In this document: positions 48,662 through 59,560 of the stretch, piece after piece | Layout: each line of letters starts with the position of its first letter | Position numbering within the stretch: position 1 is the first letter of the stretch | From: Escherichia phage KKP 3954 | Sequence record: OR067838.1 | Direction: 5' to 3' (one strand) | DNA length: 64,000 nt | Program-made: the position numbers and the translations under genes | The notes under the pieces: generated by a model | Databases searched by the model: none | The model's input: the letters and a program-made list of their open reading frames with translations, nothing else | Told to the model about the DNA's origin: nothing

Positions 48662-50072
48662 TTATTTTGATAACGGGGGGCTTAACCCCCGCCGTATTAG
48701 TTTGCAAGTACGGTTAGTCAGGACGTTGACCTGAACTTTAACGTAATGGAAGAAGCCAGCGTAAACATATTCAATCTTCATCCCATCAACCAGACGAGCA
48801 TTGATTTGCGCATCGGTCATATCGGCACGAGAAGGAATATAAACAATAGGTTTCAGATCGACACGCAAACCAGTCTCTTCAGAAGTAACAACTTCATTAG
48901 CGATGGAACCGTTGAGGATACCTACTTGGATCGGGTTAGCCAGAACAGCTTGTCGAATCAAAGCCAGACCGTTTGAAGTAGCACGAACACCACCACCCAG
49001 CATAGACTGTTGTTTAAACAGTGTAAACAGTGATTCTTCTGTGCGAGCTTTAAACCACAAAGCATGAACAACATAGTCAACAAAGAAACCGCTAACCATC
49101 AATCCATCACGATAGAACAGAGTTCCATGCTCTTTACGATAGATGTTACCGTTCTGTTGAACAATATTGTTTTCCGAAGTCTGATCCAGTTTCTCGATCT
49201 CTACTCCTACCAGTGTTTTACCGTGAAGGGTAGTTAAACCAGGTTGACGAGAACAGATTGCACCAACAACTGCTGCTTCTGGGAATACAGAATCTGCATC
49301 AGTCATCCACAAAGCAAAGCAAGTGTTATTATAACCGAGGTCATTCAGTCGTTCCAGAACGTTATCTTCTGCTTTCGTTTTAATTCCAGGTTCAGAGCTA
49401 GAGAAGAAGTAAACTTTATCATTCTCTTCTACCCATGCAGCCAAAGCTAGAACATCTTCTGTTTCATGGGAATCTGAAAGGGTCCAGAACCAGCTACTAT
49501 CAATATCATGCAGAGCAGCGATATCTTCCGTAATAGCATTAGCATAGACAGTTTCTTGAGTGAAACCTGTGCTGTCAATAGAACCAAACTTACCTTCTAC
49601 TGGAGTGAAAGTCATTGCAGCGCCGTTGTTAGCTACTGTAAACAGTGGGCCATAAACAAGATCTGCATTGATCATTTCAGTCAGACCAACTACAATCTCT
49701 TGTGCAGTTGCAGTGTCATCAGCAATGAATTTAAATTCTTTTTTCTTGGGTACCATTTTTGATGGTAATTGTGTAAGTTGCACTATCTTCTACGATTGGA
49801 GTTAGAGTAAAGTTTGTAACTTCACGCTTACCAACCATGACTTGATCTGGTGGGAACAAACCGTTAAACAGTTTGACTGCCATAATATACGCTGGATCAT
49901 TTAATCCATAACCTGCTTCCAAAAGTGCATCGGAAGAAGAGTAATATTGAATCGCTTCGCCAGTTACGTTCTGACCTGTAAGGATCAGAGGAATATCGAA
50001 CTGGGTTTCACGAATTGATGTAGCACCATACAGTAAAGTTACGGTTGCTACCTTTTCACGAAAAGTTGCCAT
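48662..50072 (-). CDS. tail sheath protein; two ORFs (49731..50072 and 48662..49783) joined by a +1 frame break at a 6-nt homopolymer
   Basis: AGGAG RBS before ATG 50072; break at plus T6 49739-49744; combined about 470 aa upstream of tube gene. Confidence 0.55.
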
Positions 50073-50106
50073 TTATGCTCCTGTTAGAAACTTAATTCCA
50101 ATGAGT

Positions 50107-50766
50107 TTATTCGGTAGGGTTGTTAAATAATGATCCATTTTGATTGACTGACGAGTATTCGCCTGGAACCAAAGTAATTGCATAAACCCTGTTTAGAATT
50201 AAATCTAAAGGGATAGGATCATTGTAACTATCTCTGAATGAACGGATGTGCATGTTGATTGCTTCTATTGGTGTAGTAGCAATATCTTCAATACTCATAC
50301 GAGTGTTGAACGTCATAACCATACGCGCTCTTAATTCAGTCTTATCTCCGTCTACAATCGTATTGGCTTGAGCTATATTAGAGGCTCCTAAAAAACCAAG
50401 ACCTTTAGAATAGAGATGTTTGTATTTTAATTCCTCTGCACCACGGAGAGCAGCCAGAACATAGCTCATCAAAGTGGTAGGTCTTCCACGATAGGCTACA
50501 AGTTCAATCTCGTAGGTATTATCCATCTCGTAGGAATACATATCATTTTGAATAGAGCTTCGGTAAGACCAACCTCCAGAATCGCTGGAAGTGATAATAC
50601 GTAGTGCTAGGTAAGGAGTATCCGGTTTAATGAATGGCTTATCCATAACATAGACTGGCAACCCCACTAATTCTTGAAGGAAGCCACCTATATTTAAGTA
50701 GATGGCATTTTCGTATGCTTCTATTTGTTGGTAAATATTAGCCAAAGTTTCCTCCTTCTGTTCCAT
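50107..50766 (-). CDS. putative tail completion/neck protein
   Basis: ORF track; gene order. Confidence 0.4.
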   Translation of the reverse strand: MEQKEETLANIYQQIEAYENAIYLNIGGFLQELVGLPVYVMDKPFIKPDTPYLALRIITSSDSGGWSYRSSIQNDMYSYEMDNTYEIELVAYRGRPTTLMSYVLAALRGAEELKYKHLYSKGLGFLGASNIAQANTIVDGDKTELRARMVMTFNTRMSIEDIATTPIEAINMHIRSFRDSYNDPIPLDLILNRVYAITLVPGEYSSVNQNGSLFNNPTE

Positions 50767-51187
50767 AAGACCAGGAGTTGTTTTGATCGTCTAATATTGC
50801 AACACAGTGATGATGGACTAAGAAAGATGTTCTGGTCCAATCTTTAAGGGAATAAACAGAATACCATTTACCATCTATCAGTATCTGATCTGATAACTGT
50901 TCTGTTCCTTGTTGTAACCCCTTCATTTCTGTTTTAGTCCAGAAACTATATTGAGCCTTAGATCTGTAACCTTCAGGTAGTGCATTCAGTGTTTTACCAG
51001 ATATCGGTTGTAAGCTTGCCGCTTCAATAGTAAATGGTTCATATTCTACACTACTTTCTAAGTTAGCAATAACTGAACCAACCGCCTCTTTGTAGACTCG
51101 TCTACGACCTTGGTATTCAGTTAGATCAAGGAGAGTAAATTGATCTAGTAACACTTGTATCTCCTTTTTAGTATACATCAAAAACAA
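50738..51187 (-). CDS. putative neck/head-tail joining protein
   Basis: ORF track. Confidence 0.4.
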   Translation of the reverse strand: MFLMYTKKEIQVLLDQFTLLDLTEYQGRRRVYKEAVGSVIANLESSVEYEPFTIEAASLQPISGKTLNALPEGYRSKAQYSFWTKTEMKGLQQGTEQLSDQILIDGKWYSVYSLKDWTRTSFLVHHHCVAILDDQNNSWSYGTEGGNFG

Positions 51188-51199
51188 AGTTTATGCAAG

Positions 51200-51688
51200 T
51201 TATTTTTTAGACTTGCTTTTTGTGATTTTTGTTTCGATTGCATTTATCATGTATGCCGTATCTATTAAGATATGATTAGAATAGTTGCCTTTATCTTGTC
51301 GTATCTTAATTGTCACAGGAGATAAAGGACGATAACGTTGCATTGCAATCGCTTGAGCTATTCCTTCTCTAGAGGCTCTCGCTATAGGCTCAAAAACAGC
51401 TAACCCAACATTATTCATTAAGTAATTTGCAAACACCTGCTTCATCTTTTTAGCGATATTGTTCTGTGAGATAACAGCACCATCTGTTATAAAAGGGCGA
51501 GCAGGTATGTTATTTGTTTCATTACCATATTGTTGAATAGCTGCTATTGCAGGAATAGTGAGATCTGATTCAGGATGCCTTTTGTTTGTTAAAAAACCAG
51601 CTTCGATTTGAACTTGTTCAAGGTCCATCATCTTTTTGATAATGGTTTCCCAATCCGTATCATCACCTGGTAAGATCTCACTTTCCAT
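51200..51688 (-). CDS. putative head-tail joining protein
   Basis: ORF track. Confidence 0.4.
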   Translation of the reverse strand: MESEILPGDDTDWETIIKKMMDLEQVQIEAGFLTNKRHPESDLTIPAIAAIQQYGNETNNIPARPFITDGAVISQNNIAKKMKQVFANYLMNNVGLAVFEPIARASREGIAQAIAMQRYRPLSPVTIKIRQDKGNYSNHILIDTAYMINAIETKITKSKSKK

Positions 51689-52236
51689 TATTTGTCCCTA
51701 CGATAAAAAGAAACAGGTCCATAATTTCGCAAATAATTAACGTTGCGTGTATTACGATCAACACTTGCAACATTACCAAGACCATTTACAGAGTTAGGAT
51801 CGCTGTTTACTCGATCAATCTCACGAGCATCAACACCACCAATAAGAACTTTACTGGTTGCTCCTCGTCCTGCCATGCACCCAGGAATAACCATAAGACC
51901 ATTTAAATAGTTATGATAAATATCTTCCCACGGAGACTTATAAGTTACTTGACCGTTGTTAAATTTAACTTCAACTTCGACTTCACCCATCTTTTCTCTG
52001 CGGGACATAGCTCCTCCTGTTTGAGTATTGTTATTAAGAACATCGTTGTTCCATAAATACTCTAAAACAGAAATCAAGCTGTTCCACAATACTGCACACT
52101 TATCCTTATCTTCATTCCCTATAATATCAATCCAAGTCTGGATGATCTGAATCAGCATTGCATCTGGCAATACTTCTTGAGAAGGGTTATAAACAAGAAT
52201 TCGGATCAGTGGTGCCAACTCTACCGCATTCAGCAT
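51688..52236 (-). CDS. putative head completion protein
   Basis: ORF track. Confidence 0.4.
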   Translation of the reverse strand: MLNAVELAPLIRILVYNPSQEVLPDAMLIQIIQTWIDIIGNEDKDKCAVLWNSLISVLEYLWNNDVLNNNTQTGGAMSRREKMGEVEVEVKFNNGQVTYKSPWEDIYHNYLNGLMVIPGCMAGRGATSKVLIGGVDAREIDRVNSDPNSVNGLGNVASVDRNTRNVNYLRNYGPVSFYRRDK

Positions 52237-52245
52237 AAGCCCACC

Positions 52246-52644
52246 TTATTTTTTACGAAGGGAACGTTTTTTAGCTGGAGTGTCTACCGCTTCTACTTTT
52301 AAAACTTCTTCTTTGATTTTTACAGGTGCATAGTCTTCGTAACTTACAAGATAGTAACCCATGTGTTCTTCACTTGCAAAAGGATGCACAAGAATACCTG
52401 TTTCTTCTCTCAAACGCGTGAGGAAGTGAATGAAGTTTCCACCTAATGCAATACGACCATCTTTCAGATAGAAAGACATTGGTGGCGCAGATACTAATGT
52501 TTTATCAGCATCAATCAGTGGTGAAAGCGATTCGAAATCACGAATCATTTCGTGATAACTAAAGTAACGTTTCAATTCTGGGTTTGACATATCAATCTCC
52601 TCATTGTAAACTCTTGTTGTAAACAGAAAAGGCTCGCCCATCAC
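52246..52644 (-). CDS. putative head-tail connector protein
   Basis: ORF track. Confidence 0.4.
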   Translation of the reverse strand: MMGEPFLFTTRVYNEEIDMSNPELKRYFSYHEMIRDFESLSPLIDADKTLVSAPPMSFYLKDGRIALGGNFIHFLTRLREETGILVHPFASEEHMGYYLVSYEDYAPVKIKEEVLKVEAVDTPAKKRSLRKK

Positions 52645-52654
52645 GGACGAGCCT
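52621..52654 (-). terminator. rho-independent terminator after major capsid gene
   Basis: AGGCTCG stem with 11-nt loop then TTTCTGTTT on minus strand. Confidence 0.5.
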
Positions 52655-52674
52655 CTAATATTAACAGAGTTCTG

Positions 52675-53676
52675 TTAAGCCGTAGTCAGTTTAACTACCA
52701 GTTCTGGACGGGTGTTAACTGCGAGCAGCGAGAATTCAGACTGAAGCTGAATGGTGCGGTGCTGGCTGATCATGAAGGTATACAGTTCACGAGCCTGGGT
52801 GTTAGCCAGTTCTGGAGTATCCGCAGGAGCGTAGTGCGCCTGGAACATACCTTCGATACCCATAGGCAGAACATATGCTTCACCAGCAGGGATGTTACCG
52901 TGGATATCTTCAATGTAAGTTACACCGTTCCATTCGAACACCTGAACATCCATGTTACCGCTAAGGCGGTCACGCAGAAGGTTAGGAGTTCCCTGGAAAT
53001 ACTGATATGCCTGGCGAACAAATGGAGAGTTAACCAGAGATGCGAAAAATTCACGAGAACACAGAGCTACGATACGGGTAGCGGTAGAGCCATCTTGTTT
53101 AGTATCGATGATGTAAGCACGAGCTTCTTGTTCGATAGTGGCTGCTGGAGAAACAGTGGTAGAAGCAAAGTCTACAGCAACAGATTTCTGGGTAGCACCC
53201 CATTCGGTATACCAGTTGTATGCAGAGTTAGCTGCACCACCTACGCCGTTATAGGCACGACCCATAACTGCTTCTGCAAAGATTTTCTCTTTGGTTTTTG
53301 CTACGTCACGCAGAATCTGGGACATATAGCGGTTAACAACTTCAGCGTCTGTGCGCAGAGAGTCATTGATTCCTGCCATCGCAAAGCTACGGAAAGATTG
53401 AATATCTTGAGCTTTGATGTTTTTATCCAGAGGGAAGAACGGAATACGGAACGCTTTCAGTTCTGGATTTTTCATGGTCAGGAAGTTACGCTCACCACCA
53501 CGCTCACGAGCGGAGATCAGAGCATCTTCAGCTTTTTCTTTACCGATTTCAATAGCGGTAGTTGAATGATAGTCAACGCTGAACAGATTCAGGCTGGCAA
53601 TCAGTGTATCAGGGGAATCCTGAAGTTCGATCATAGGGCTGAAATCTACAACCTGATCTAAAATTACTGCTGGCAT
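52675..53676 (-). CDS. major capsid protein (lambda gpE-like)
   Basis: 333 aa; C-terminal region resembles lambda E protein end; high-expression context with terminator. Confidence 0.7.
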   Translation of the reverse strand: MPAVILDQVVDFSPMIELQDSPDTLIASLNLFSVDYHSTTAIEIGKEKAEDALISARERGGERNFLTMKNPELKAFRIPFFPLDKNIKAQDIQSFRSFAMAGINDSLRTDAEVVNRYMSQILRDVAKTKEKIFAEAVMGRAYNGVGGAANSAYNWYTEWGATQKSVAVDFASTTVSPAATIEQEARAYIIDTKQDGSTATRIVALCSREFFASLVNSPFVRQAYQYFQGTPNLLRDRLSGNMDVQVFEWNGVTYIEDIHGNIPAGEAYVLPMGIEGMFQAHYAPADTPELANTQARELYTFMISQHRTIQLQSEFSLLAVNTRPELVVKLTTA

Positions 53677-53697
53677 TATATTAATCTCCTATTAAAA

Positions 53698-53973
53698 TTA
53701 AGAAGTGAAAACGACTTTTTCGGTCAGTTTCAGATCATGTGTTTCCAGTGCTGCTACGCCAGCGTCATCTACCAGGGAGCCATCTTTGTAGTATACTGCA
53801 AAGCGGTTCAGAGTAAGATCACGTACGCCAACAACTGCGGTGAAAGTGTCACCTACTGCTACATCATCAATACCGAACAGAGCATCAGTCCAAATCAGAA
53901 CTTTAGCAGCATCGGCAGCTTCAGCTTTAGCAGCTTCAGTGTTGTCAGCTTTCAGGATAGAACCAATTTTCAT
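53698..53973 (-). CDS. putative head decoration protein
   Basis: 91 aa, immediately upstream of capsid gene as in lambda D-E order. Confidence 0.4.
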   Translation of the reverse strand: MKIGSILKADNTEAAKAEAADAAKVLIWTDALFGIDDVAVGDTFTAVVGVRDLTLNRFAVYYKDGSLVDDAGVAALETHDLKLTEKVVFTS

Positions 53974-54117
53974 GGTTGCTGTTTTAACCAGGTTAACTTC
54001 ACGTATACACAGTGTCCAAGGTCAGAGCTAAACACTCCACCCAGAACCAGGTGTCCGAATTCCTGGCGAGAGTTAGATAAAGTAATTCCTTTAGCCATTT
54101 AATTTAATCTCCTAAGA

Positions 54118-55233
54118 TTATTGTTTCTGGGCTTTTTTAAGTTCAGCAGCTTTCTGACTAATCAGTTCAGAAGAAGATTTAGCTACAGGTTGAGTATTGA
54201 TCACATCAACACCACGTTCTGCTCCAAATTCTTTCTTAACTGCGTCCACTTCTGCACGTGCTTTTTCGAATGCTTTGACGATAGTTTCAGCGATATCTTT
54301 ATTATCTACCAGATATTTAACGAGAGCTTCAACTTTGTCTTCTTCTACGAAAGAATAGGATTTAACAACAGTTGTATATTCTTCTTCGATACGAGCTTGT
54401 TCAGCTTTACGAAGTTCTTCTGCTTCCTGTTCTGCCTTAGCGATTTTTTCCTGTGCTTCAAGTTCTGCGGCTGCACGTGCATCTGCGGCTGCTTTTTCTA
54501 CAGCTTCAGCGATCTGTGCTTTCATCAGTTCTTGGAATTCAGCAGATTTCAGGAATTCTTCTTTGTTGATATTTTCCAAAGGGGTTTCTCCTTTATTGAT
54601 TCCAGTTGTGTTTGCAGATTTATCACCTGCGGGGTTAGCCTCTGCATCCACAGAGTTTGTATTAGCTTTAGCGTGAGCTTTCACTAAATAATCTTTAACT
54701 TGACTTTGTTTCAAGGAACTCTTAACGAGATTACTCAAAGCATCGTCTAAAACGTCCTCAAAGAAATCAATGGAGATCATTACATCACCATCAACAACTT
54801 GATAATCAGTAACACGAACAACAGGTTTAGCAACCTCTTCAACTTCAACATTCAGTCCGTCAACTTTAAAGCCAACAGAGAACATACCGTTATCTGAACA
54901 GAAAATTGCAACGTTCGCATCGAAGTCAGCATCAATAACGTAAACCCAATCCCAACCAGCTTCAAATTTTTCACGCACTTTTTCAGAGATGCGATCCATC
55001 ACTTGTTGAATATAGCTTTTACGTAACTCTGTAACATCTTCTCCCATTTTAGTGAGAGCTTCTAACTTTTCAAAAGTTATGTCTGGAGATCCGTCTGACT
55101 TAAATAAAAGGGGGGTATTATAACCAGATGCCGCTCCACCTTGAAAATCAAAAGTGTAAGCAATATGAGCACCTAGTGACTCTTCCGTAGCTTTTCCTGA
55201 AAAGTCTACGTTAGTTAAATATGTATTTGCCAC
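54118..55233 (-). CDS. putative scaffolding protein
   Basis: Acidic, A/E/K-rich helical protein between portal and capsid genes. Confidence 0.5.
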   Translation of the reverse strand: MANTYLTNVDFSGKATEESLGAHIAYTFDFQGGAASGYNTPLLFKSDGSPDITFEKLEALTKMGEDVTELRKSYIQQVMDRISEKVREKFEAGWDWVYVIDADFDANVAIFCSDNGMFSVGFKVDGLNVEVEEVAKPVVRVTDYQVVDGDVMISIDFFEDVLDDALSNLVKSSLKQSQVKDYLVKAHAKANTNSVDAEANPAGDKSANTTGINKGETPLENINKEEFLKSAEFQELMKAQIAEAVEKAAADARAAAELEAQEKIAKAEQEAEELRKAEQARIEEEYTTVVKSYSFVEEDKVEALVKYLVDNKDIAETIVKAFEKARAEVDAVKKEFGAERGVDVINTQPVAKSSSELISQKAAELKKAQKQ

Positions 55234-55235
55234 GA

Positions 55236-55715
55236 TTAGTCCTTCTTGACTTTAACGCCCATTGCGCCTATACTCAAACCTTTAAGAACGCCGTCTTTAC
55301 GAGCTTGATATAATTCAGGGTCGTTGAATTGGATTTTAACGAGGGGAGTTCCTTCCACAACGAGTTCGTCACCAATGTAACAATCGACTTCATTTACCCA
55401 AGCTTTAATTGGAGAAAACTTATCGGTGTTCTTCATGTGACCAAGATTACCACTAATGTTGGTAATATTCTCATTGAAGTTGTCAACCATCTTCCTGATT
55501 TCCAAATCAGACATGCGCTCTCCGTGGAGATCGTCTTCTTCAGGTGGACAATACAAGACCTCAATAACCTGCATCTTTTCTTCATCAAATTTATTTTGTT
55601 TGACTAAAGTTTCAGGTTTTTGAGATGGTATAGAATCTTGTTGGGATTCAGAATTCTCTTTAAAACCAGCGAAGGTTTTGAAGAGTTCCCACAGTGTATC
55701 TTTATTGAGTTCCAT
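55236..55715 (-). CDS. hypothetical head protein
   Basis: ORF track. Confidence 0.4.
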   Translation of the reverse strand: MELNKDTLWELFKTFAGFKENSESQQDSIPSQKPETLVKQNKFDEEKMQVIEVLYCPPEEDDLHGERMSDLEIRKMVDNFNENITNISGNLGHMKNTDKFSPIKAWVNEVDCYIGDELVVEGTPLVKIQFNDPELYQARKDGVLKGLSIGAMGVKVKKD

Positions 55716-55808
55716 TTGAAACCTCTTAAAAACAGATATCCCATAAATCTTAGTCTACAGGATATTTGTTGTTTTGTCAATAGAAAAATTAAAAAATATT
55801 AAATATTT

Positions 55809-57374
55809 TTAATTCGACAGGTTTTGTGCTGAAGGATCTAAAGCAGAAACAGTATCAGATGTTCCAGTCCCTGCTGTAGCTAAACCATCTCCTGATCGTG
55901 AAGTTTTGTCAGGCATATAGTTATCCATGAATTCAAAGAATTTCTCTTTATTGGCAACAATATCGTCAGGGATGCGATATTCAAAACCAATTTTTTCAAG
56001 GAACTCGTTAATAACTTCTGGGGTTAAAGGTATTGCACCAGAGGCTACCAACTGTTGAATAGCTTTAGCATTTACTTCAATATCAGGATCACCCATTTCA
56101 CCACTGACAAACTTAGGCATATCTTCATCAGAAAGGAAGATATTGTTTAGTCGTAGTGTTTGAGGGATTAGTTGAGAGTTTATAGCTTCTACAACAATAT
56201 CTACATCTCGCTCAATAAAATGAGACAATAGTGTTTGTTTGTTGTCAGAAAGCGCAAAACTTCCTGCATCACCATCACCCATAATCAACACACCCGCACC
56301 AAAGCGGTTATAAATATCTAGTTTGCGTTGTTTGATTAGTGCTTGAGTGTCAAACTGTTTACCCGTGCCATCAACACCTTGGAATACAAGATCGTATTGA
56401 CGCATCACTGTACCTTCATAAACGTCTGAAGGCAATACCATGTAGGCTTGCTCACCAGAGTGCAGGTTAGCGATGTTGGCTTGGAGAACTCGAAGAGATT
56501 GTGCTTCATCCCCAGCAGGATCTAAAGATGCCCTGTTTAGAATGTCACTTGGAACCTTAAGAACTGGCATACCGCCTAAATCTTTAGATACCCCAATAAC
56601 CTCAAATTCCTGAATAAGAGATTTTTCACGCCAGCTACGATATACAGCTAAAAGCGGACTAACTCCTAGTGGGTTATTCTCTGTAATGTTGCTACCAACA
56701 AATAAAACTTTACTGAAAGGAATTTCTTTAATACCCGTTTCTAAAGTTGTATTACCTGGGGCTAACATTGTATTGGTGATATTCTGGTTAACAGACAAGA
56801 TAGAACGTCCGTCTGCCGAATATGTAAAAGGTTGAGCCATGTGAAGAGTATCTTGTGGTCTAAAAGCCAGCTTAGTTAATCGCCAATACCCAAAGTAAGG
56901 ACTCTTAGGATCTTCATCCAACTCATAAACTTTTTCTGCGAATGCAAACCCGTATTGCTTATATGTCAAAAGTGATCTAACATATTGACGTAGAGGGGCT
57001 TGCATATTACGTAACATATAATCAATAAACTTAGCAGCTTTTCTTGACTTTGCCGAGCTTACATTGTATTTTATCTTAAAATCAAAGAATGCTCTATCTA
57101 CAAAGATATACGTAGCATCAAGAGCAGTAGCTACATCAGGGTCTTCACCCATCTCTTTAAAAGTTCGAATACATTCTGGGAAACGAGTCTCATAAGGCTG
57201 CATGAAATTCGTAAATGCTTTGATTGAGTTTAATCCGATCGTTCCTATTTCAGGTGACAGGAGTAACGTTTTCTCTTTCTCTGCTTCTTTTGTTGGAGAG
57301 AGAGCAGCTTTATTTGCAGCACCTTTGTCCCAGTATTCTGACTTTTTAGTATACGTTCTTTTTCCTGTTGACAC
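55809..57374 (-). CDS. portal protein
   Basis: 521 aa directly downstream of large terminase. Confidence 0.6.
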   Translation of the reverse strand: MSTGKRTYTKKSEYWDKGAANKAALSPTKEAEKEKTLLLSPEIGTIGLNSIKAFTNFMQPYETRFPECIRTFKEMGEDPDVATALDATYIFVDRAFFDFKIKYNVSSAKSRKAAKFIDYMLRNMQAPLRQYVRSLLTYKQYGFAFAEKVYELDEDPKSPYFGYWRLTKLAFRPQDTLHMAQPFTYSADGRSILSVNQNITNTMLAPGNTTLETGIKEIPFSKVLFVGSNITENNPLGVSPLLAVYRSWREKSLIQEFEVIGVSKDLGGMPVLKVPSDILNRASLDPAGDEAQSLRVLQANIANLHSGEQAYMVLPSDVYEGTVMRQYDLVFQGVDGTGKQFDTQALIKQRKLDIYNRFGAGVLIMGDGDAGSFALSDNKQTLLSHFIERDVDIVVEAINSQLIPQTLRLNNIFLSDEDMPKFVSGEMGDPDIEVNAKAIQQLVASGAIPLTPEVINEFLEKIGFEYRIPDDIVANKEKFFEFMDNYMPDKTSRSGDGLATAGTGTSDTVSALDPSAQNLSN

Positions 57375-57475
57375 TTGTTCCTCCAGTCAGGTATAAAATC
57401 GTTAAGGCAAGGCTGTATTATATACAACCTCACCTATCTAGTTATAATACACTTTAAAGTGACTTTTGTCAACAA

Positions 57476-59551
57476 TTATCTTTTACGGACACTATACGGT
57501 TGGTGAAATCCGCTGTTCATTCTACTGTATCCTGTAGGAGCATTTGTTGTTGTAGGAATAGCTACTGCCTTGAAAGTATTCTCTTTTGACAGAGTATTGA
57601 AACAAGAAGCAGCAGCATCGGGAATGTCATCTTTAATAGTGGCTGTAGATCTTTCACCATTGAAAGATTCCAATTCTTTATAAAAGTGGGTTAGAGTTTC
57701 CACATTAGGGAAAGAATCTTCAACAATATAAACAAAACCATTTTGACACGCACTACTAAAAGGCATAAAACGCTGAAGCTTTTTCTTGTTGCCTGGCATA
57801 GCATCTGGTTTAACAACAAAACCTTCTAGAATAAGTTTCTTTGCAGACTCTGTATATTCTATTGTTCCAGCACCAGATGGGTCTTTAGGAAGCACTACTG
57901 TAACTTCTGGTCCATCAATCTTACATTGATTAAGAATCAGATTATCCCTTTCCCCAGGTAGTCTTCTAAACCTTCCGAAAATTTTACTTTTCTCATCCAC
58001 AGCGTCATAGTCATAGTCACCAAAGATGTAGATATTACCATCCTGATCTTTACCCATTTTGACAGACGTTGTATAGTCTGGATAACGATAAGTTTCTGTA
58101 GGAACTGAAACAGCTTTATCCCAGGCTCGCATTAGTTTAAGATTGTTAGGAACATCTTTATAAGATATTTTATGTAACCATTCACGTTGAAAGAAAGATT
58201 CTTTCTGAATACGTGCAAACCAACAACCATCCAGAAGCTGTGCTCTTTTAATTGCTGTTTGTGATTTAAGCTGTGCTAAGTAATTAGGGTTAAGCCTAAT
58301 CAGTTCTGGGTTATCAAATATTGTCCCACCAATAAATACGAAAGTTTGTGGTTCAATAACAACTGTCTCCCCTGTATTAGGGTTTTCCATGAAACAGTTT
58401 TCTGGATATTTTTCTTTCAGTTCTTCAGGTGTGTCAGCAAAAACAGGTTCATCGTTAACAATGATGAAATATTTTTGTTTACCACACATATCTTCTCTAG
58501 GATAACCACCCTCATCAAGATAAGGTAACACCCAATTCAAAACCCAACTATCTGCATCGGGGTTACATGTGCACAACATGAAGCTTGTTTCTGATTCTGA
58601 ACGCATACGTCCCAGAAGATAGAGCATTTCATATTGCGTGAAGTGGGTTAACTCGTCAAAACCTACCATTGAATACTGTATACCCTGATGGTTTGTTTCT
58701 GCTGTTACGTTATCATTTTCCAAATGGTCGAATTTGAGGGTTCCACCACCAGTGGCTTCAAAAATGATATCCATTGTACTTTCTTTTACGTGCGGTTGTA
58801 AAGGAAGATACAAACGTTTTGCTTCTGTAAACAGACCACCTGGTTTACGGTGAGCAGTGGTGTTCTTACGAAAAAGTATTCCACCAAACAAAGGATCTTT
58901 GTAGGCGTATTTTAAAGCTTTCAGCAATAGCAGACGAGACTTGCCGCTATTCCCAGTAACGAAGCAGTGATCGCCACGTCTAAAGACAATATAGCTGCTT
59001 GGAGTCTCAAAACAATATTTCTTATCATCTGTTGAAATAACCTCGTGTATTTTTAAGTAAGTGCTCTTTTTACCAGGTATGTTAAAAGGAACACGTTTAC
59101 CGAATGGATTTTCTACATAACCTTGAAGGGGTTTTCCTATTTGCTGTAATGCAATAAGATCTCCTACAAGAATCTCGAAATGTTTCTTTGATTTCTTTTT
59201 CTTATAGAATACAAAACGGTGTTCCATACTAAGTTCTTGGAACAATCCTACACCATTTGTTATTCTGTATAGGTTATCTCCATTTAAATCGTATTCTACA
59301 AAATAAGGTGTTACCAATTCTAAACGCTTATTCTTAGGATTGTATTGGTAAATATCCTCTCCTGAATATTCACTAATCTGTCTCCAACCATCTTTTGTAA
59401 GATATTCCGTTTCAGCAGAAACACATCCAGCGGCACCACCATAAATCATAACTTCTGGCATTAAATCCATTGCAAGAGTCTGTTTACCTGGTTGAGCCTT
59501 TACTTCAATATCTACTCCAGCTAAACTACCTGCTGCCTTTTTCTTTGCCAC
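57476..59551 (-). CDS. terminase large subunit
   Basis: 691 aa; P-loop-like VTGNSGKS; position before portal. Confidence 0.75.
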   Translation of the reverse strand: MAKKKAAGSLAGVDIEVKAQPGKQTLAMDLMPEVMIYGGAAGCVSAETEYLTKDGWRQISEYSGEDIYQYNPKNKRLELVTPYFVEYDLNGDNLYRITNGVGLFQELSMEHRFVFYKKKKSKKHFEILVGDLIALQQIGKPLQGYVENPFGKRVPFNIPGKKSTYLKIHEVISTDDKKYCFETPSSYIVFRRGDHCFVTGNSGKSRLLLLKALKYAYKDPLFGGILFRKNTTAHRKPGGLFTEAKRLYLPLQPHVKESTMDIIFEATGGGTLKFDHLENDNVTAETNHQGIQYSMVGFDELTHFTQYEMLYLLGRMRSESETSFMLCTCNPDADSWVLNWVLPYLDEGGYPREDMCGKQKYFIIVNDEPVFADTPEELKEKYPENCFMENPNTGETVVIEPQTFVFIGGTIFDNPELIRLNPNYLAQLKSQTAIKRAQLLDGCWFARIQKESFFQREWLHKISYKDVPNNLKLMRAWDKAVSVPTETYRYPDYTTSVKMGKDQDGNIYIFGDYDYDAVDEKSKIFGRFRRLPGERDNLILNQCKIDGPEVTVVLPKDPSGAGTIEYTESAKKLILEGFVVKPDAMPGNKKKLQRFMPFSSACQNGFVYIVEDSFPNVETLTHFYKELESFNGERSTATIKDDIPDAAASCFNTLSKENTFKAVAIPTTTNAPTGYSRMNSGFHQPYSVRKR

Positions 59552-59560
59552 ATTTCCTCC

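Noticed and set aside
48668-48692. GC hairpin CGGCGGGGG-TTAAG-CCCCCCG that looks like a terminator after the sheath gene
   Set aside because: In the sequence as given it lies inside the last codons of the sheath ORF (…RRGLSPPLSK); an in-frame-shifted stop just upstream would make it a true terminator, so its status depends on resolving possible indels and it is not called.
57476-59551. Possible intein in the large terminase: N-terminal segment CVSAETEYLTKDGW resembles intein block A, ending near RRGDH-C just before the P-loop-like TGNSGKS
   Set aside because: No HN or terminal Asn/Gln precedes the candidate downstream Cys, no clear block B, F or G motifs, and 691 aa is within the normal terminase size range; more likely an ordinary N-terminal domain.
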